39,079 nt of DNA from Streblomastix strix (taxonomy: Eukaryota): NCBI GenBank assembly GCA_008636045.1, contig SNRW01000028.1:1-39079 (forward strand), written 5' to 3'. The first letter of the stretch is position 1. The number at the start of each line of letters is the position of its first letter. Both the position numbers and the translations under genes were made by a program. Below are positions 9,848-28,665 of this stretch, one piece after another. The notes below the pieces were generated by a model. It had not been told where the DNA came from. It did no database searches and saw only the letters and a program-made list of their open reading frames with translations.

Positions 9848-12800
9848 TCAAACAAATATAACTTTGATTGCTTAGAAGTATGAATCTGTTTTGAAATTAA
9901 GTTTCACAGCAAATTCCACATTAGCTTATCCTTAGATTTTATTTCGATCTGATATTAATATTTCTTTTAAACTGCAATATAAGTTGTCTGGAAACTGTAA
10001 TATATTATTTGAGAATAAAAATATTTAATTTGTATAAAAAAAGAAAATTTAATAAATAAAAACAAACTATTATTATTAAATAAATTTTATACCTCAAAAC
10101 ATGAAATCCAAACATTATAATCTGTTTTTTTTGTTCCCATTATAATTCCCTTAAATCTTTCACTTATTACCATTTAATTTAAAGAGAAATGCAAATGTTA
10201 ATGTGATAGAAATAACTCATGTGAATGTTGTGAAACACTGTTTAAACTTATTTAAGCATCAGTTTTCTCATTTCTTTTATCATCTTATTTTTCCCCTTCT
10301 TTTTCGAAATTTTTCTTACTTTATTAATATAATTTCTTATTCATAAATAATTCTTATTAACTTTTCATTGATTAAGAAAATAACTATTAAATACACTCAA
10401 TATATCTATTAAGAAAATTCTAATCTTTTCTCTTTAATACTCTTCTTAGTTTTTTAGGGAAATTAGAAAGAATTTGAAGCATATGGTCATCATTTATTTT
10501 AATTTCATTCAATACCATAGTTTATTAAATTTATAATGGAGGTGTAATAACAGGAGAGAAATATTATTGAGTATTTTATTATTATTAATGTGAATTATTA
10601 TGATTATTATCATATAATTATTATTTACTTATATTATCTGGTTATTTCAAATTTAAACCATTAATTTCATTATTCTATTGAATTTGATAATTCTTATTCT
10701 ATTTAGATTTAGTAACAATTTCTTGTTCATGAAAAGTTTACTATTAAAGCTATCCAAAGCTAATTTTATTTTATTTGTTATGTTATTCTTATTATTATAA
10801 AAGCTAAATTCTTGGTTTATCATAATTATTAATAATGTCTATATCAATATTACCTAATTAACTAATTTCATTTATTTAGAATTAATTTTCTTAATATTAC
10901 TGATTGATTTATATATTTTTATCATGCGTTTCTTAATTCTATATATTTGATATGTTTTATTATTAATTGTATTAATAAATTGGATGATTAAACTAATTAT
11001 TATGAAATTATTAATCTAATTATTATGAATTCTTTAGTTTATTATTCTTTATCTCATTTTATAAATCTATTAAACAACTCTCAAAATCATTCAAATTTAA
11101 TTTTTTATTATTAATATTAGTATGAGTATTTGGAGAAATATGGCAATTTTAATTAAATTATATAATTTATTATTTTTATTCAAATTATTATTAAAAATTA
11201 TAATTATTAAGGGGTTTTCTTTTATTATTTTATTAACTCCATTCAAATTAATTAAGATATCTATTAGATTAATATGATTAATTATTTGTTTATTATTGAT
11301 TTTGAATGCATTGAGTAGATAAATATTAATAAGGATCATTAAGAGCACTTATATTCAAATTATTAGATAATTGTTATTATACTAAAATTTATTGTGATTA
11401 CTAATTTTATAACAGAATAGATGAACTTGATTAATTTATGTTCGGATCATAGTTCATTTGGTTTAATACTGAATGCTAATTATTCATTTTAGGGGTAAAT
11501 TAATTATATTGAATTGGAAGCTAATATATATTTTTTTATTAAGATTTATTAGAATTTTCGATTGGGAATATATTTTGATTAGAATTATTATCATCTATTT
11601 ATTAATTTATTTATTAACTCACTTTAGCCTTTTAATTCGGACCTGATGAATAAATTTGCTATTATTAATTAGTTTAATTAATTGATGAGTGATTTTAAGT
11701 AAATTTCTATTATGATAATAATAATAATTATTATTATTAAGAGACTTTATTTAATTAAGATTAATTGAATTAATGAAATTAATTGTTATTCTAATATTGA
11801 ATTTATTAATTATTCAAACATCTTTTTGAGTTTTATTATAACAATGGATTTTATTCAATTGGATACTACACTGAAATTTATTATGGCTATTCAACTTTCT
11901 CATTTTCTAACGTATTTCTTTAATTTTCATCTTAATTTTTTAATTCTAATTATTATTATTTAAATTAATTTTAATAAATATTTTATTAATTTGAATTAGA
12001 ATTTAATGGAATTATTGAATTTAATGAAACTGATGAATTTAATAAATCTTAATTATTCAAATATTTGATTTCATTTTCTATTTCCATATGTATGTTTGAA
12101 TTATTATTATGTTAATCAACTTCTAATTAACTAAAATTCAAATCTTTTTTTTCTATAATTTCATTCAAAAATGGTGATAATAAGCTAATTAATTTCTTTT
12201 TATTTTCGTTTTCTTACATAAATTATTATTCCGTTTCTTTTTCTAACTTTTTCTATTATGAATATAGAATAATATTATCATCATTCTTATTAAAATCAAT
12301 AATCGATTTTGAAAAAGTAATTTATTTGTTTTCTTTTTAGAAATTATCGTTCTAGTCATTATTATTAAATTAATTATTAATCAATTTTGATTTCATTTTA
12401 AAATTGCTTTATTATTAATCTATTTATTAATTTTATTATTATTATTATTATTATTAATTTATTGGCAATTTATTTTATAGATAAGGTGAAAATTCATTCA
12501 TTTATTATTAATTAAACATCTTTTCATTCAATGTTTATTAGTCAGAAATTTATTCTTAATTACTTTCACTAATATTGTTATTAAATTATTAATTAATATA
12601 TGAATTTTAATAAAATTGCTTATTAATCATATTCTTTTTTGAATACTAGGAAAGTGGTGATGATGAACGATACACTAATTAAGGAGAAAACAGCGATGGT
12701 GAATTTAATGATTAAAATGAATGTATTTAAGGTGAATCGAACTATAATATTGGGGTAGATTATAATTAAGGTGAATTAAATATTGATATAAATTAATTTG

Positions 12801-15800
12801 AATAATTACTATTTAAGTTAATATATGGATCGTCCAAGTTTGAAGAAGTCATCGTTGGTGTTCTTTGAAAGCATGGAGAATTACAAAATGAATTATTAAG
12901 TGTTAATGATGATTACAAATTTTATATACTATTACTATTTGTTTATTTATCAGAATTATCTGATGTAAATTTGCCTTATTCATTTTAATCTTTATCTTTA
13001 GCAGCATTTATATTTATATTTGTTTCATCTTTCTAAGCTTAAAATTATGTAGATCTATCTTCATTTTCTTCATCATTTAACATATTAAAGCTTGATTAAG
13101 AAAATATATTCATTTATTCATTATTGATATTAAATTAATTATTTGTGAGTACTGCTTTATTTAATATTTGCTTTTACATATTATCAAAATTTTAATTAGC
13201 TTAGTTCTATTTTAATATATTCAAATTATTCATCATTTAATTATGTGATTCGTTCATATCGATCATATTTTAATTATTTTATTTAGTAATCATAATATCA
13301 TTCTCAGTTTATTATTATTATAATTATTAATACTCTTATTCTTCATCTTAATTTTATATTAATTAATTACTCATTTTCATTTCTTTTTATCTTTCTTGTG
13401 AATTCAATTCAGAAACAGAATTGTCTACAGTGTTAGATAAAGGCTTCATATATTTCAAATCAGTTAAATATGTTGAATTGTTATATTAGTTTTCATTTAT
13501 ATTATTATTATTATTATTACTATTATTATTATTCATTTAAGTTTCAATAACTTCTTTTTTCATCAATTAATCAATATTTTCATTTGTTGAATTCATTTTC
13601 TCATTTTCATTTATTTTCAAATTATTATCGGTGTTATTCAATTTCCAATTATCAATCCATTTAACTTAATCGTTAGTAAAAACATCTCTATATGATAAAT
13701 TATTAGATAAATTAATAAGTAATTAATTACTCTATTAATTATTAGTATTATTCATAATTTTACTTTCATTTATTTATGATGATTAATTAATAATTTAAGG
13801 CTATTAAGATAATGATTAAGATTCTATTTATCGTTAATAATTAGAATTAGATTGTATTTATTATGAATTTGAAGATTTCAAAAGATTTGATACATCATTA
13901 TTTTATTAATTATTCATTTTAAATTCAAATTTTTCATCAAATTATTATTTAGATTTTTCAATGTTTATATTTTTATAATTCTGTTTATGCTTCTTTTAAT
14001 TAAGTCTCTTTTTTAATTTACTTTATTTAATCATTTAAATTTTATATAATTCATTTTCACTATTCTCAATTCCAAGTTCATCTTCAACGAGTTTGATATT
14101 TATTTTCTAATTATTTTCAAATTAATATTCGTCTTCGTTGTAAGTTATTTGTCTGGAAATGTTTCTAAAAGAAGATAAATATGAAATTATGAATTTATAT
14201 TGAAAAATAATTAATAAAAAAAATTAATTGTATTTAATAGATAAAATAATAAAAATGATATTCAAATTAATAAACCTTACAACTGATTATTAAGCTTATT
14301 TTTATTAAATAGATGATATATCAATAATATGTGAAGATGAATCTAATAATGTTTATTGATTCAATATTTTATTATTCTTCTTTATAGGTTATTACGTTGC
14401 TGAATTTTTTATATCACAATTATCTTCAGTTTCTATTTTCATTTATTATTAAAAAAATTCTTTATCATTCTTTTTTAATAATTTATTATTAAATGAAACA
14501 TCGATTACATTATTTTTTATATCATTATTATTCAATGAAGAATTCTTCTCAATGGTCTTGATATCCCCCAAAGTTGATAAAAAATCATTATTATCTGCAT
14601 CAATCTATTCAGAAGAAGTCAAAGGTATATTTGACATTAATGCTGCTTAATCAATAACATTACTATTCATTTAAATCAATATATCTTTCTCACATTTCAA
14701 ATCTTATATATCATTAACAACTAAGACTGTTACAAGCTTATTTTTCTCTATCTATTCGTCTTCAGTATAATTACTGCTATTATAATATGATGAAATACTG
14801 GATGACATACTTAATTAAGGAGATGGAGAGAACAGAGGGATGTTTGACAATGTTTCATTTCCTTCAACTTCTTATCCTGATCCAGTTTTCTCAGATCCAA
14901 ACGAAAATATAGAGATCTGCTGGTTAGATGATGATGTTGTCTCAAATGAATGAGTATCTTCTGGTTATGAGCCTGCCTATGAACTCGACATCAAACTAGG
15001 AGTATTTGAACAATTTATTGGAGAAATTGTCTATCTACCTATATGCTCAATTATCGAGTTCGGCAGGTTCTACATGTTCAGTATTTTTGATGATCCCGAA
15101 GCAATTTCACTTTGTATCCCTATGGAAACATTAATAATAGGATGTTGGTAATCTGAACTTCTGGATCTGTTGACGGGTTTTTCAGTACTTTGCATCTTTA
15201 ACCCTGCTTTAGATTTTAAGATCCACGCTGGTGAATTTAAATTCTCTGCGCGAGCAGAAAAAGCTTTTGAAGGTATTTGAACATCAAGACCTACTCTTTC
15301 TGAAGCAAGTTCTAACCCTGCATAATCCTTTTCCCCTTAGAGCTCTCCTAAATTAATAATTTCTTCATGATTTAGTAACTGAGATAATTTTGGTATACTT
15401 GCTTATTAAATAACAATAATATTAAGTCCCAAAAGTTTACTATCACATGGTGAGATTGATCTTGACTTCAATTAAGTAGTAGTAGCTTCACGATCAATTT
15501 TTTCTTTTTTCTTTTCCTTCAAGCTTTTCTTCGTGGGAGTAGCTATAATATCCTACGAGCTTCCCTTTGACAACTGAATTTTCAATAAAACTTCAGGTTC
15601 TTTGTACTGGTCTTCAATAGTATTCATCGTCTGTGGAATTTGTAGAGCTGCAAATTAAGGAATCGTTTCTGTGTTTTCTGGCTCAACAACAACGTCTTAT
15701 ATTATTTGATCAGTTTTCTTATCATTAATGACATTATGAAGTTGTGAAAAATTATGTGTTTCTTATTATTATTAGTCCCCTGTTTAATAATCCATCAATT

Positions 15801-15885
15801 TACTATCTTTCTTTGGCGTTTCTGAAGATGATGTCGATCTCATTTCAGATACACTGTACAACCCTGAAGCCGATCCTTGGATCAT
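9848..15885 (-). CDS. Giant (~1940 aa) N/Q/S-rich disordered protein with C-terminal cold-shock/OB-fold-like domain (paralog A)
   Basis: Long code-6 frame, open wherever scanned; introns 14165-14275 and 9995-10092. C-terminus ERFKGIIMGTKKTDYNVWISCFE|FPDNLYCSLKE...NVEFAVKLNFKTDSYFQAIKVIFV*. Start codon uncertain. Confidence 0.8.
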
Positions 15886-16525
15886 CAAATTATAACGTGC
15901 TAATTTTGTTGGTTAACTGATAACAAAAAAATTTGTAAATTCAAAAAACAATATGATTTTTTGAGCTAATATTGAGTTTAATAATACAACCAGTATTGCA
16001 CATGTATTTGATATATGTTTATAGAATAAATATAATATAAGACTCGATGTGAAAACTATATTTGAACGAAAACACGTATGTTATTTTATTCTCGCCAATG
16101 AGTTGTTAAGAGTTTAATCAGATCTTTTAAAGTAGTTTATTTATTATTTTAGATAACAATTTTTATAGCGCACACTGAAGATGTTCTTAATTTGAGGGCA
16201 GAACTTAATTGCAATATTTCCAACTCTAATAATAAAAAAAAGTCTTAAATACTTAAAAATTGAGAATTATAATTTATTATTTTCAATTTTTGTAAATGAA
16301 TGATAATCTTTAAGAGGATAGTGATAGAGAAACAATAATATATTCAAATTGTGCTTATATATTAACATTCACACTTATTTATTCTTTAGAATATAGATTT
16401 TTTATTACATTTTATTTATACAACTAAATATTCCAGTTTTACATATATTAAGGTTCTGATGGTGAATTAAAAAGATTTTTTTTATAACTTAAATATTTCT
16501 GTTTGTTTATGTTATTTATTGTAGA

Positions 16526-17286
16526 ATGAGCGAAGAACATAATCCTTTTATTTCTGTTGAAGATTTACCACCATTAGATATAACAAAGGAGGTGTAACCA
16601 ATTCAAGACTTCCTTCAACGATTCACTGCTTTTGAACTCGTGCCTGAAAGCGGCAAAGTTGTTGTTTTAGATGTAAATCTATCTGTTATATCAGCCTTGC
16701 GCATTCTAAAAAGCAACAGTATTTAATTTCATTATTTCTTGATTTTCTAGTTAATACATAATTTACGTATTCGTTTTAAGGAATTACATCTGTGCCTTTA
16801 TGGAACAGTGAACGCAATGAATATGCAGGAATGTTCACAGTCTCTGACTTCAACACTATCCTTGTTTTATTTTGTGAGGAGTGCAAAACACGCGAAGCCT
16901 TAGAAAAGAAAATGTCAAGTACAATATTGCAGTAATGGTAATAAACAAAGAAATAAATATATGACAAAGAGAAAAGCAAATCAGGTGAATTAGTGAGAGG
17001 TATTCATTTATTACTTTATATAATGTTATATAATTTCCATAATTATCTTACTTCTTCTTATTTTACACATTATTCTTCAATAAAGATCCTATGAGTTTAT
17101 ATCTGACACATGTTGAAGCCACACTTTATCACTCATGCAGAACACTGTTTGATCATAAAATTCACAGGGCTCCCATATTCGAGCCAGTTTCAAATACAAT
17201 CCTGCACATAGTAACTCATGCTCGGATATTACGCTTTTTGGTGGTTAAAGTGAGTACAATTATGAAATTTATTCATTAATATTTAT

Positions 17287-17330
<44 letters not shown>

Positions 17331-18331
17331 TTCGTTAATATTTATATTATTTATTTATTTATTTATATACTTCATTTTTTTTTGGTTGTTATAGTGGATG
17401 CAGGATTGCTTATTGATGAATCGCACTTTACGAGATTTAGATCTTGGCATTTATGAAAGTATTCACCCGAACAATATCAATTAAATTTTCTTTCTTACCA
17501 TTATCACACAAAATAATCATTAATTTTACTATATTAATATTCAGACATTGCTTGTGTTAAGACTAATGAGAATGTAATATAAGCACTTTAAAGAATGCAC
17601 GAAAGAAGAATTTCTGCACTCCCAATGATTGATAGCGAAGGTTTTTATTTATTTCACATAATTAATTTATAAATATTTATTATTTATTTATAGATAAAGT
17701 TGTTGGTGTATTTTCAATGAGTGACATTAGATATTTAAGCATCAGTAAAATATTTACTGATCTCAACACACCTGTGGAAGAATATATAAGGAGAGTATAG
17801 GCACAGTAAAATGTTTGACATATTTTAATTAATAGAAATACTTTATTAATATTCTTATTCATATTCTTATTCATATTTTCATTTTAATATAAGCATTTAT
17901 CTTCTGAGACGATTCCACGGCCAATACCACAGAGAAACATTGACGATTCAAAAAATTAATCTTCAACGATCACACCAAATTCAAGCTAGATCTCACAGAA
18001 TTGGACTATAATCACATCATCCTCTTCTTCAATAACGTCAACTATTCCATCTTAGCAAGAACCAAACACAAATAGCCAACTATAATAACAAGATATTTCA
18101 TCAATCTAAAGCTCTTCTCACTCTGCACCTCTTATAGTAGTCAAGAATACTAGGAATACACTTACACTTTATTATTGCCGTAGAGACGATAAAATTAAAG
18201 AAGTTCTTGCACAACTAGCTCGAAGAAATATACACAGGCTTGTAGTCGTTGACGATCAGATGCATGTCTCCGGGATTGTATCTGTCAGTGATATTCTGAG
18301 ATTATTCATACTCAAACAGAGCAAGCGGTGA
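16526..18331 (+). CDS. SNF4: AMP-activated protein kinase gamma subunit (SNF4/PRKAG family, 4 CBS domains), multi-exon
   Basis: FLQRFTAFELVPESGKVVVLD, SVPLWNS...YAGMFTVSDF, KIHRAPI...ILHIVTHARILRFL, RISALPMID...VVGVFSMSDI, IHRLVVVD...VSGIVSVSDILR; GT-AG introns; ends TGA 18329-18331. Confidence 0.93.
17290..17365. repeat. (TTTA)n microsatellite in an AMPK-gamma intron
   Basis: Directly visible tetranucleotide run, in two blocks. Confidence 0.85.
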
Positions 18332-18650
18332 TACACTGTTATCTGTTTATTTAGTTATTTATCTTTTTATATATTTCTATATAACTCTCTAATACATGTA
18401 AAATTTGACTACGTTTGCTAATTGCACTAATTGCATACTTAATGCATTCTATCCATACTTATATATGGGTATTATCATCAAATACTATTCAATTTTGTTT
18501 GTACGATGAGCGCAAACATGATAAAGGAAAAAATCAATATCATAGTTCTAATTGAGATGATATATATTTTAAATTATTTTATTGATTTTTATGAGATATT
18601 TTAATTACTTTTTCTAATATATTACATAAAATTCGAGAGAAATAGGAGAA

Positions 18651-23697
<5,047 letters not shown>

Positions 23698-24373
23698 TTA
23701 GATAATTATTACTGAATTGCGATATGAGGCTTATTAGCAATAAGAAACATGATAAGTTTTTTCAAAAGTTGATAGTATTTGCGTTTATATTCTCCATTTA
23801 TTCATTAATTTTAATTCACAGTAATTCAAAATTGCAATTGTGAGTTTGAATTTTTTAACATTTTTTTGATAATCTGTGTATTTTACCTTTTGTTGAAACC
23901 TTGAATACTGTCTTTTTAATATTTAACAGTTTCTTAAATTTTATTTATCATTCGCTTATTTATTTATTTATTTATTTATTTTTTTCTTAATTGGTTGATT
24001 TAAATTTCATTGATATTTGAATCATTCACTAAGTAAATGCGATCTTGGTATATAAAAAAAATAAATTATTACTCTTAGTTTTATTTCATTTTATTTATCT
24101 CATAATATCTGAATTGTTTTGTGGGCTTAGAGTGCAAAAAGAATACTCAGAAAAATCCTATTTCTACCCCCTTTTCACTTATTTTATTCAAACACCTTCC
24201 TCTCAATTACTCATAATTTGACATACAGATCTTATTCTAACTATTTTGTAGCTATTTTCATACACATCGAAATTATCATAAATATTTTTTTTAATTTTCA
24301 CTTATCACGGTGAAAAATCAACTATATAAAATATTAATGTTAATTTTGTATTATTATATATTGATAAATTCAG

Positions 24374-25479
24374 ATGATACACTTTGAGCATGATTAAAAC
24401 AAATGTTTGTGTGGATAGAGAGATAGCAAATAATAAAACATAGATAAAAGAATTATAGAGATCCTTCTGAAACATCTTGAAGGTGCTCAATGTGAAGGGC
24501 CAGTGGTGATAGCAGTTTCATATGGAGCAGAATAATTAAATTAAATTTTTGAATAGTAAAGTCAAACAAATTTAATTGCATACAACTGGAACTGGCAACA
24601 CCGAAATTAAACAGAAATATAGCAGAAAGTAACTATCAATGAGATAAAACTAACTGAAGCAATACTTGTATTTTGTGGTGAGCTGAATTAATCATAAGTT
24701 CTATGTTTAACACTAATGGCATGGAAAGCAAAGGTATTTCAATTTTTTTTTATATATTTGTGGAAAAAGTGTATTTTCTTTCTATATTTTTTTAGAATAT
24801 TTTCCATTTTACTCCATAGAAGAACATATTCATTCCTATAAATCCTATTAGATAATATACTCTGTCGTTGTAGCGTATTTAACAATCATTTACTGCAAAA
24901 AATGTTGTTTTTCTGATAACTGGAGGATAAGGTTGTTAAATAAATTTTAGATCCGTCTTTATTTTTTTCTTTTTAAATTATTTGCATTTTTATTTATTTA
25001 TCTTTATTTATAACTTCTGATATATTTTTTAGAATATATGTAAGTTGCTAGAGAAATGAAAATGAAATTTAAAGATTTGAAGACGATCACTATAATTACA
25101 TTTAAATCAAATTTGGAGGCTTTTATGCTAGACAACTACCCTACTGCAGACATATTTGTATGATCATATAATATTTTCAATGTTTATTTTATTTCCTCCT
25201 CCCAATTGTGTTACTCAGGTACATTTCGCATGCCCATGCTCTCTTTTTCCACATTTTACCTTTGATTCTTCTATTCATACACCATTTGTTACTCCTTCAG
25301 AATGGCTCTAGGCAATGGAGCAGTGCAAATTGTAGGGCGTAGATGAAAATTCTGATGAAGAATTTAATAATTAAATTGAGAATGAGTCCGATTAGAAGAA
25401 AGGATCAGAAAAATCGGTTTATTCTTGCTATAAGTTAATTATGCCTTAAGATGGTGATTTTAGGGTTCATTTATTTTGA
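24374..25479 (+). CDS. Divergent diphthamide synthesis DPH1/DPH2-family protein (DPH2-like); may have further 5' exons
   Basis: Four exons splice in frame: AILVFCGE, RIQQSFTAKNVVFLITGG, LDNYPTADIF|VHFACP...TPFVTPSEWLQAM. These resemble the family motif LxNFxxxDxFVxxACP...PxxTPxE. Confidence 0.65.
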
Positions 25480-25868
25480 TTTATTTTCTCACAATGTCAC
25501 CTCAATACACAGAAAGTAATTCTGTTGAAATCAATCATAAAAAAGAAATTGTAATTTCTTGCTCCTGAGTATATATCATATAAAATTCTATATAAAATTC
25601 ATTCTAAGAACATATGAAAAATACAATATTTTTTCAATTAAACAGGTTCAACTCATATTGAACACTGAAATCTTATGGGAAATTTTTTTTCTTAGCTTAC
25701 ACTACAGAGCATGTCACAGAATATGTTGTAGAGTTTCCAACAATTTTTTATACTATTTAAGATGCATTTTGTATTGTAACATTATTAATTTATATTTGTA
25801 CATTATTTTTTATAAAATTTAAACACATTCTAATATTTTATAACCTTTTCAGAAATAAACCCTTGGCG

Positions 25869-26441
25869 ATGGCTGACAAAATCTTACTCAAACGGTTTAT
25901 TGATAAAACACTTCTCTCGAAGAAACAAGCAGAAGAGTTTTTGATCCTCTCTGGCAATGATATTGAGGTAAATTCACAAATTTTTATGATCCATATATAA
26001 TATGTTCAATATCATATCAATTCCATTTATATTTCATATTTATTATATTGCTTCCAGTGTGCAATGGAGCTGATGCAAAATGAATTGGGCAGCATTAATC
26101 ATGGCAAAGTTTTATCAGAGAAAAAAATCATTATTTTGGAGAATTAAGAACAGTTCCTAAACATACTGTAAAAAGGAGGATCACAACTTATAGTTGTATA
26201 TTTCAGTGCCTGTTGGTGTCAACCTTGCAGCAGCCTGTCGAACATTGTAAGGTCTCTACCTGCCAGATATCCAAATGCCACTATCCTATCATGCGATATA
26301 GATGCTGTAAATGATCTGGACGAACTTGATGACATCAAAGCTATCCCTGCATTCATGTTCTTCAAAGATGGGAAACGTGCTGAGTATTTTACTGGTGACA
26401 GCGAAGATTACCTTCTTGATACAATTGAAAAGTATATATGA
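25869..26441 (+). CDS. Thioredoxin with N-terminal UBA-like domain
   Basis: LIVVYFSACWCQPC...CDID...IKAIPAFMFFKDGK. N-terminal FIDKT...AEEFLILSGNDIE|CAM is UBA-like. One intron, 25968-26057. Confidence 0.88.
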
Positions 26442-26772
26442 ATGCTGTATTATATATTAGCGTAAGATCTCATTCTACATTATTTTATTTATAATTTTTC
26501 TTGAGATTGTTAATTTTCATTTAATATGTTCTTATTTTAAACGGATTTGTTTATTTTAAATTTTAATTAAACAACGACATACTTTATATTTATTCATCAT
26601 ATTTCCAACTTATCTTTTGATCTTTATTTATTTTTACACATACATCCGTACTAAATGAACCTGAATCGCTCATATAAAAAAAAATACAAACACAAATTAT
26701 TCAAAAAAGTCCTTTTATTCCATAATAAAATTAATGTGAACAATTCATATGAACGTTAATTGATCAATCATT

Positions 26773-27299
26773 TCACAACCCTCGTAGTTTGATTCCCAAA
26801 GTTCGTTCAAGCTTTGAAAGGACTTTGTTTGAGGGAACTCCACTTCCAGTCTCATATTCATTGATGATCTTAACTGGTTCATTAATCCTTTATGCAAGTT
26901 GTGCTTATGTCAGCTTTTAATCACAGCGAGCCCTCTGAATGGCTAAACCTTATTCTCTTGTAATGGTAGGAACTTAACAAAGTGTAAATGTTGTAAATTG
27001 ATGAAATATACAAAAGAATAGTTAAATAAATGGTAAAATTTTGTAATATACTTTTCATAGGTGCATCTCCAGTATCGTCTTCAAGTTATTTCTTACTGAC
27101 AGCAGTTTCTACCTGCTTCCCTGAACATAATTTAGATCAAATACATAAAAAAAATGATTAATATTACACCTTTCTTTTTGCTTTCCACCTCTAATCCAGA
27201 TTGCATTGCTTAAGCAAGTTGAGCATCATTTTTAACAGCTTTAGGCTTTGGATTACTCTTTCTGATTACTATTGGCTCAGTATCGTGAGGGTATTACAT
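26773..27299 (-). CDS. MBF1: Multiprotein bridging factor 1 (MBF1/EDF1), three exons
   Basis: DTEPIVIRK...LEDDTG...AIQRARCDQKLTQAQLAQRINEPVKIINEYETGSGVPSNKVLSKLERTLGIKLRGL*. Confidence 0.95.
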
Positions 27300-27927
27300 T
27301 TTTCTTGAAATAAAAAAGTTTGAAATGAAAAAAGTAAATAATATATTATTATGTTAAGTAAAATTGCAAATGTATCAATTTAGTAATGTTAAAAATAAAA
27401 ATATGTTGAAAATTGAATATTAAACTCTGCAGTGCGATATTTAATATATGCAAAAAAAATTTTTTATTCATTGTTGGTTTAAGATCTATGACTTGATAAT
27501 GTAAAAATATAGATATAAAATAGTATTTAAAGTAAAAATAAAATTCAAATTTAAGATAGTCAATACGTAAATATTGCCACGGAGCAAGGAACAGCTTGAT
27601 TTTATTTGTTTTATAATTAACTATTAGAAGAGGTAGTAAGATCTTAACTAGAACATAAAATATTAATTAAAAAATACTAAATAATGTAAATTTTCTAGCG
27701 GTGTTTTGTAGTAATACTTAAGCAGAGAAATATCAGCAACACCAAAATTTGCCCGTTTCTTTGCAAAATGATACTTTTTACTTAATCATTAGTTCAAAAC
27801 AATTTTAAAAAATATATATTATAAATATTTAATAATACAAAAGTTAAAATATTCTTCCTAAGTAATAAATAAATAAATAATAATATTTCATCAACATAAT
27901 TTATCATTATGACCTTAGAATGTATAT

Positions 27928-28554
27928 TCATATATCAGAATCATCATCATCATCATCATTATTATTGCCAAATCTAATGAGTATTTCTTACTGAAAACCA
28001 TCAGAATCATAAGAATCGTCAGTAATAATTATATCATTGTTCCTATTAACCAATCCATCTTCAATTTAATATTCCGTAAACATCTAATTCCTACTAAATA
28101 TCTTATTCAGATTTCTACTTGTCTTCTACTCATCAATTAAATCCCTTGAATCTGAGTGAAACAGTAGTGCATCAACTTCTTCTGATATTAAAAATAATGT
28201 TTGAATGAGAAGTGGAAAAAATAAAACAAAATAATAAACCTCACATCACCAATCTTATCATTTAAAAAAGCAAGAAATTCAATTTTATCTGTTTTATCTG
28301 AAACCCAGCTGCAGACAGCACAAAATTCAGTAATTGCAAATTATTTCTCACTTAAATATTCTATACATAATTTTTTTGACATACAATCAACAATATTCAA
28401 TCTGAGCGAGGAAATCAAAATATCAAAATATAATACCTTTTTTTCAATTTTGGATAATTAACTCGTTGTATAATATGTACATTCGCACACCTTGTATCAT
28501 ATATGACTTGATTTTTATAAAATTTAGTAAATATTACATTTTCTTAAATACCAT
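27928..28554 (-). CDS. Hypothetical protein with acidic C-terminus; 5' end unresolved
   Basis: Three exons splice in frame: ...YPKLKKR|LNIVDCMSKKLC...LNDKI|EEVDALLFHSD...DDDDDSDI*. No convincing in-frame start codon was found. Confidence 0.45.
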
Positions 28555-28665
28555 GTTTTTGACTTTTTATTATTCAAGCTTTTTTAAAAGTCACATTGAT
28601 AAAAATTTACTTATAATATTTTTATTTCTTGACATTATTTGCCGTAGAATTACCATTTACTACTT

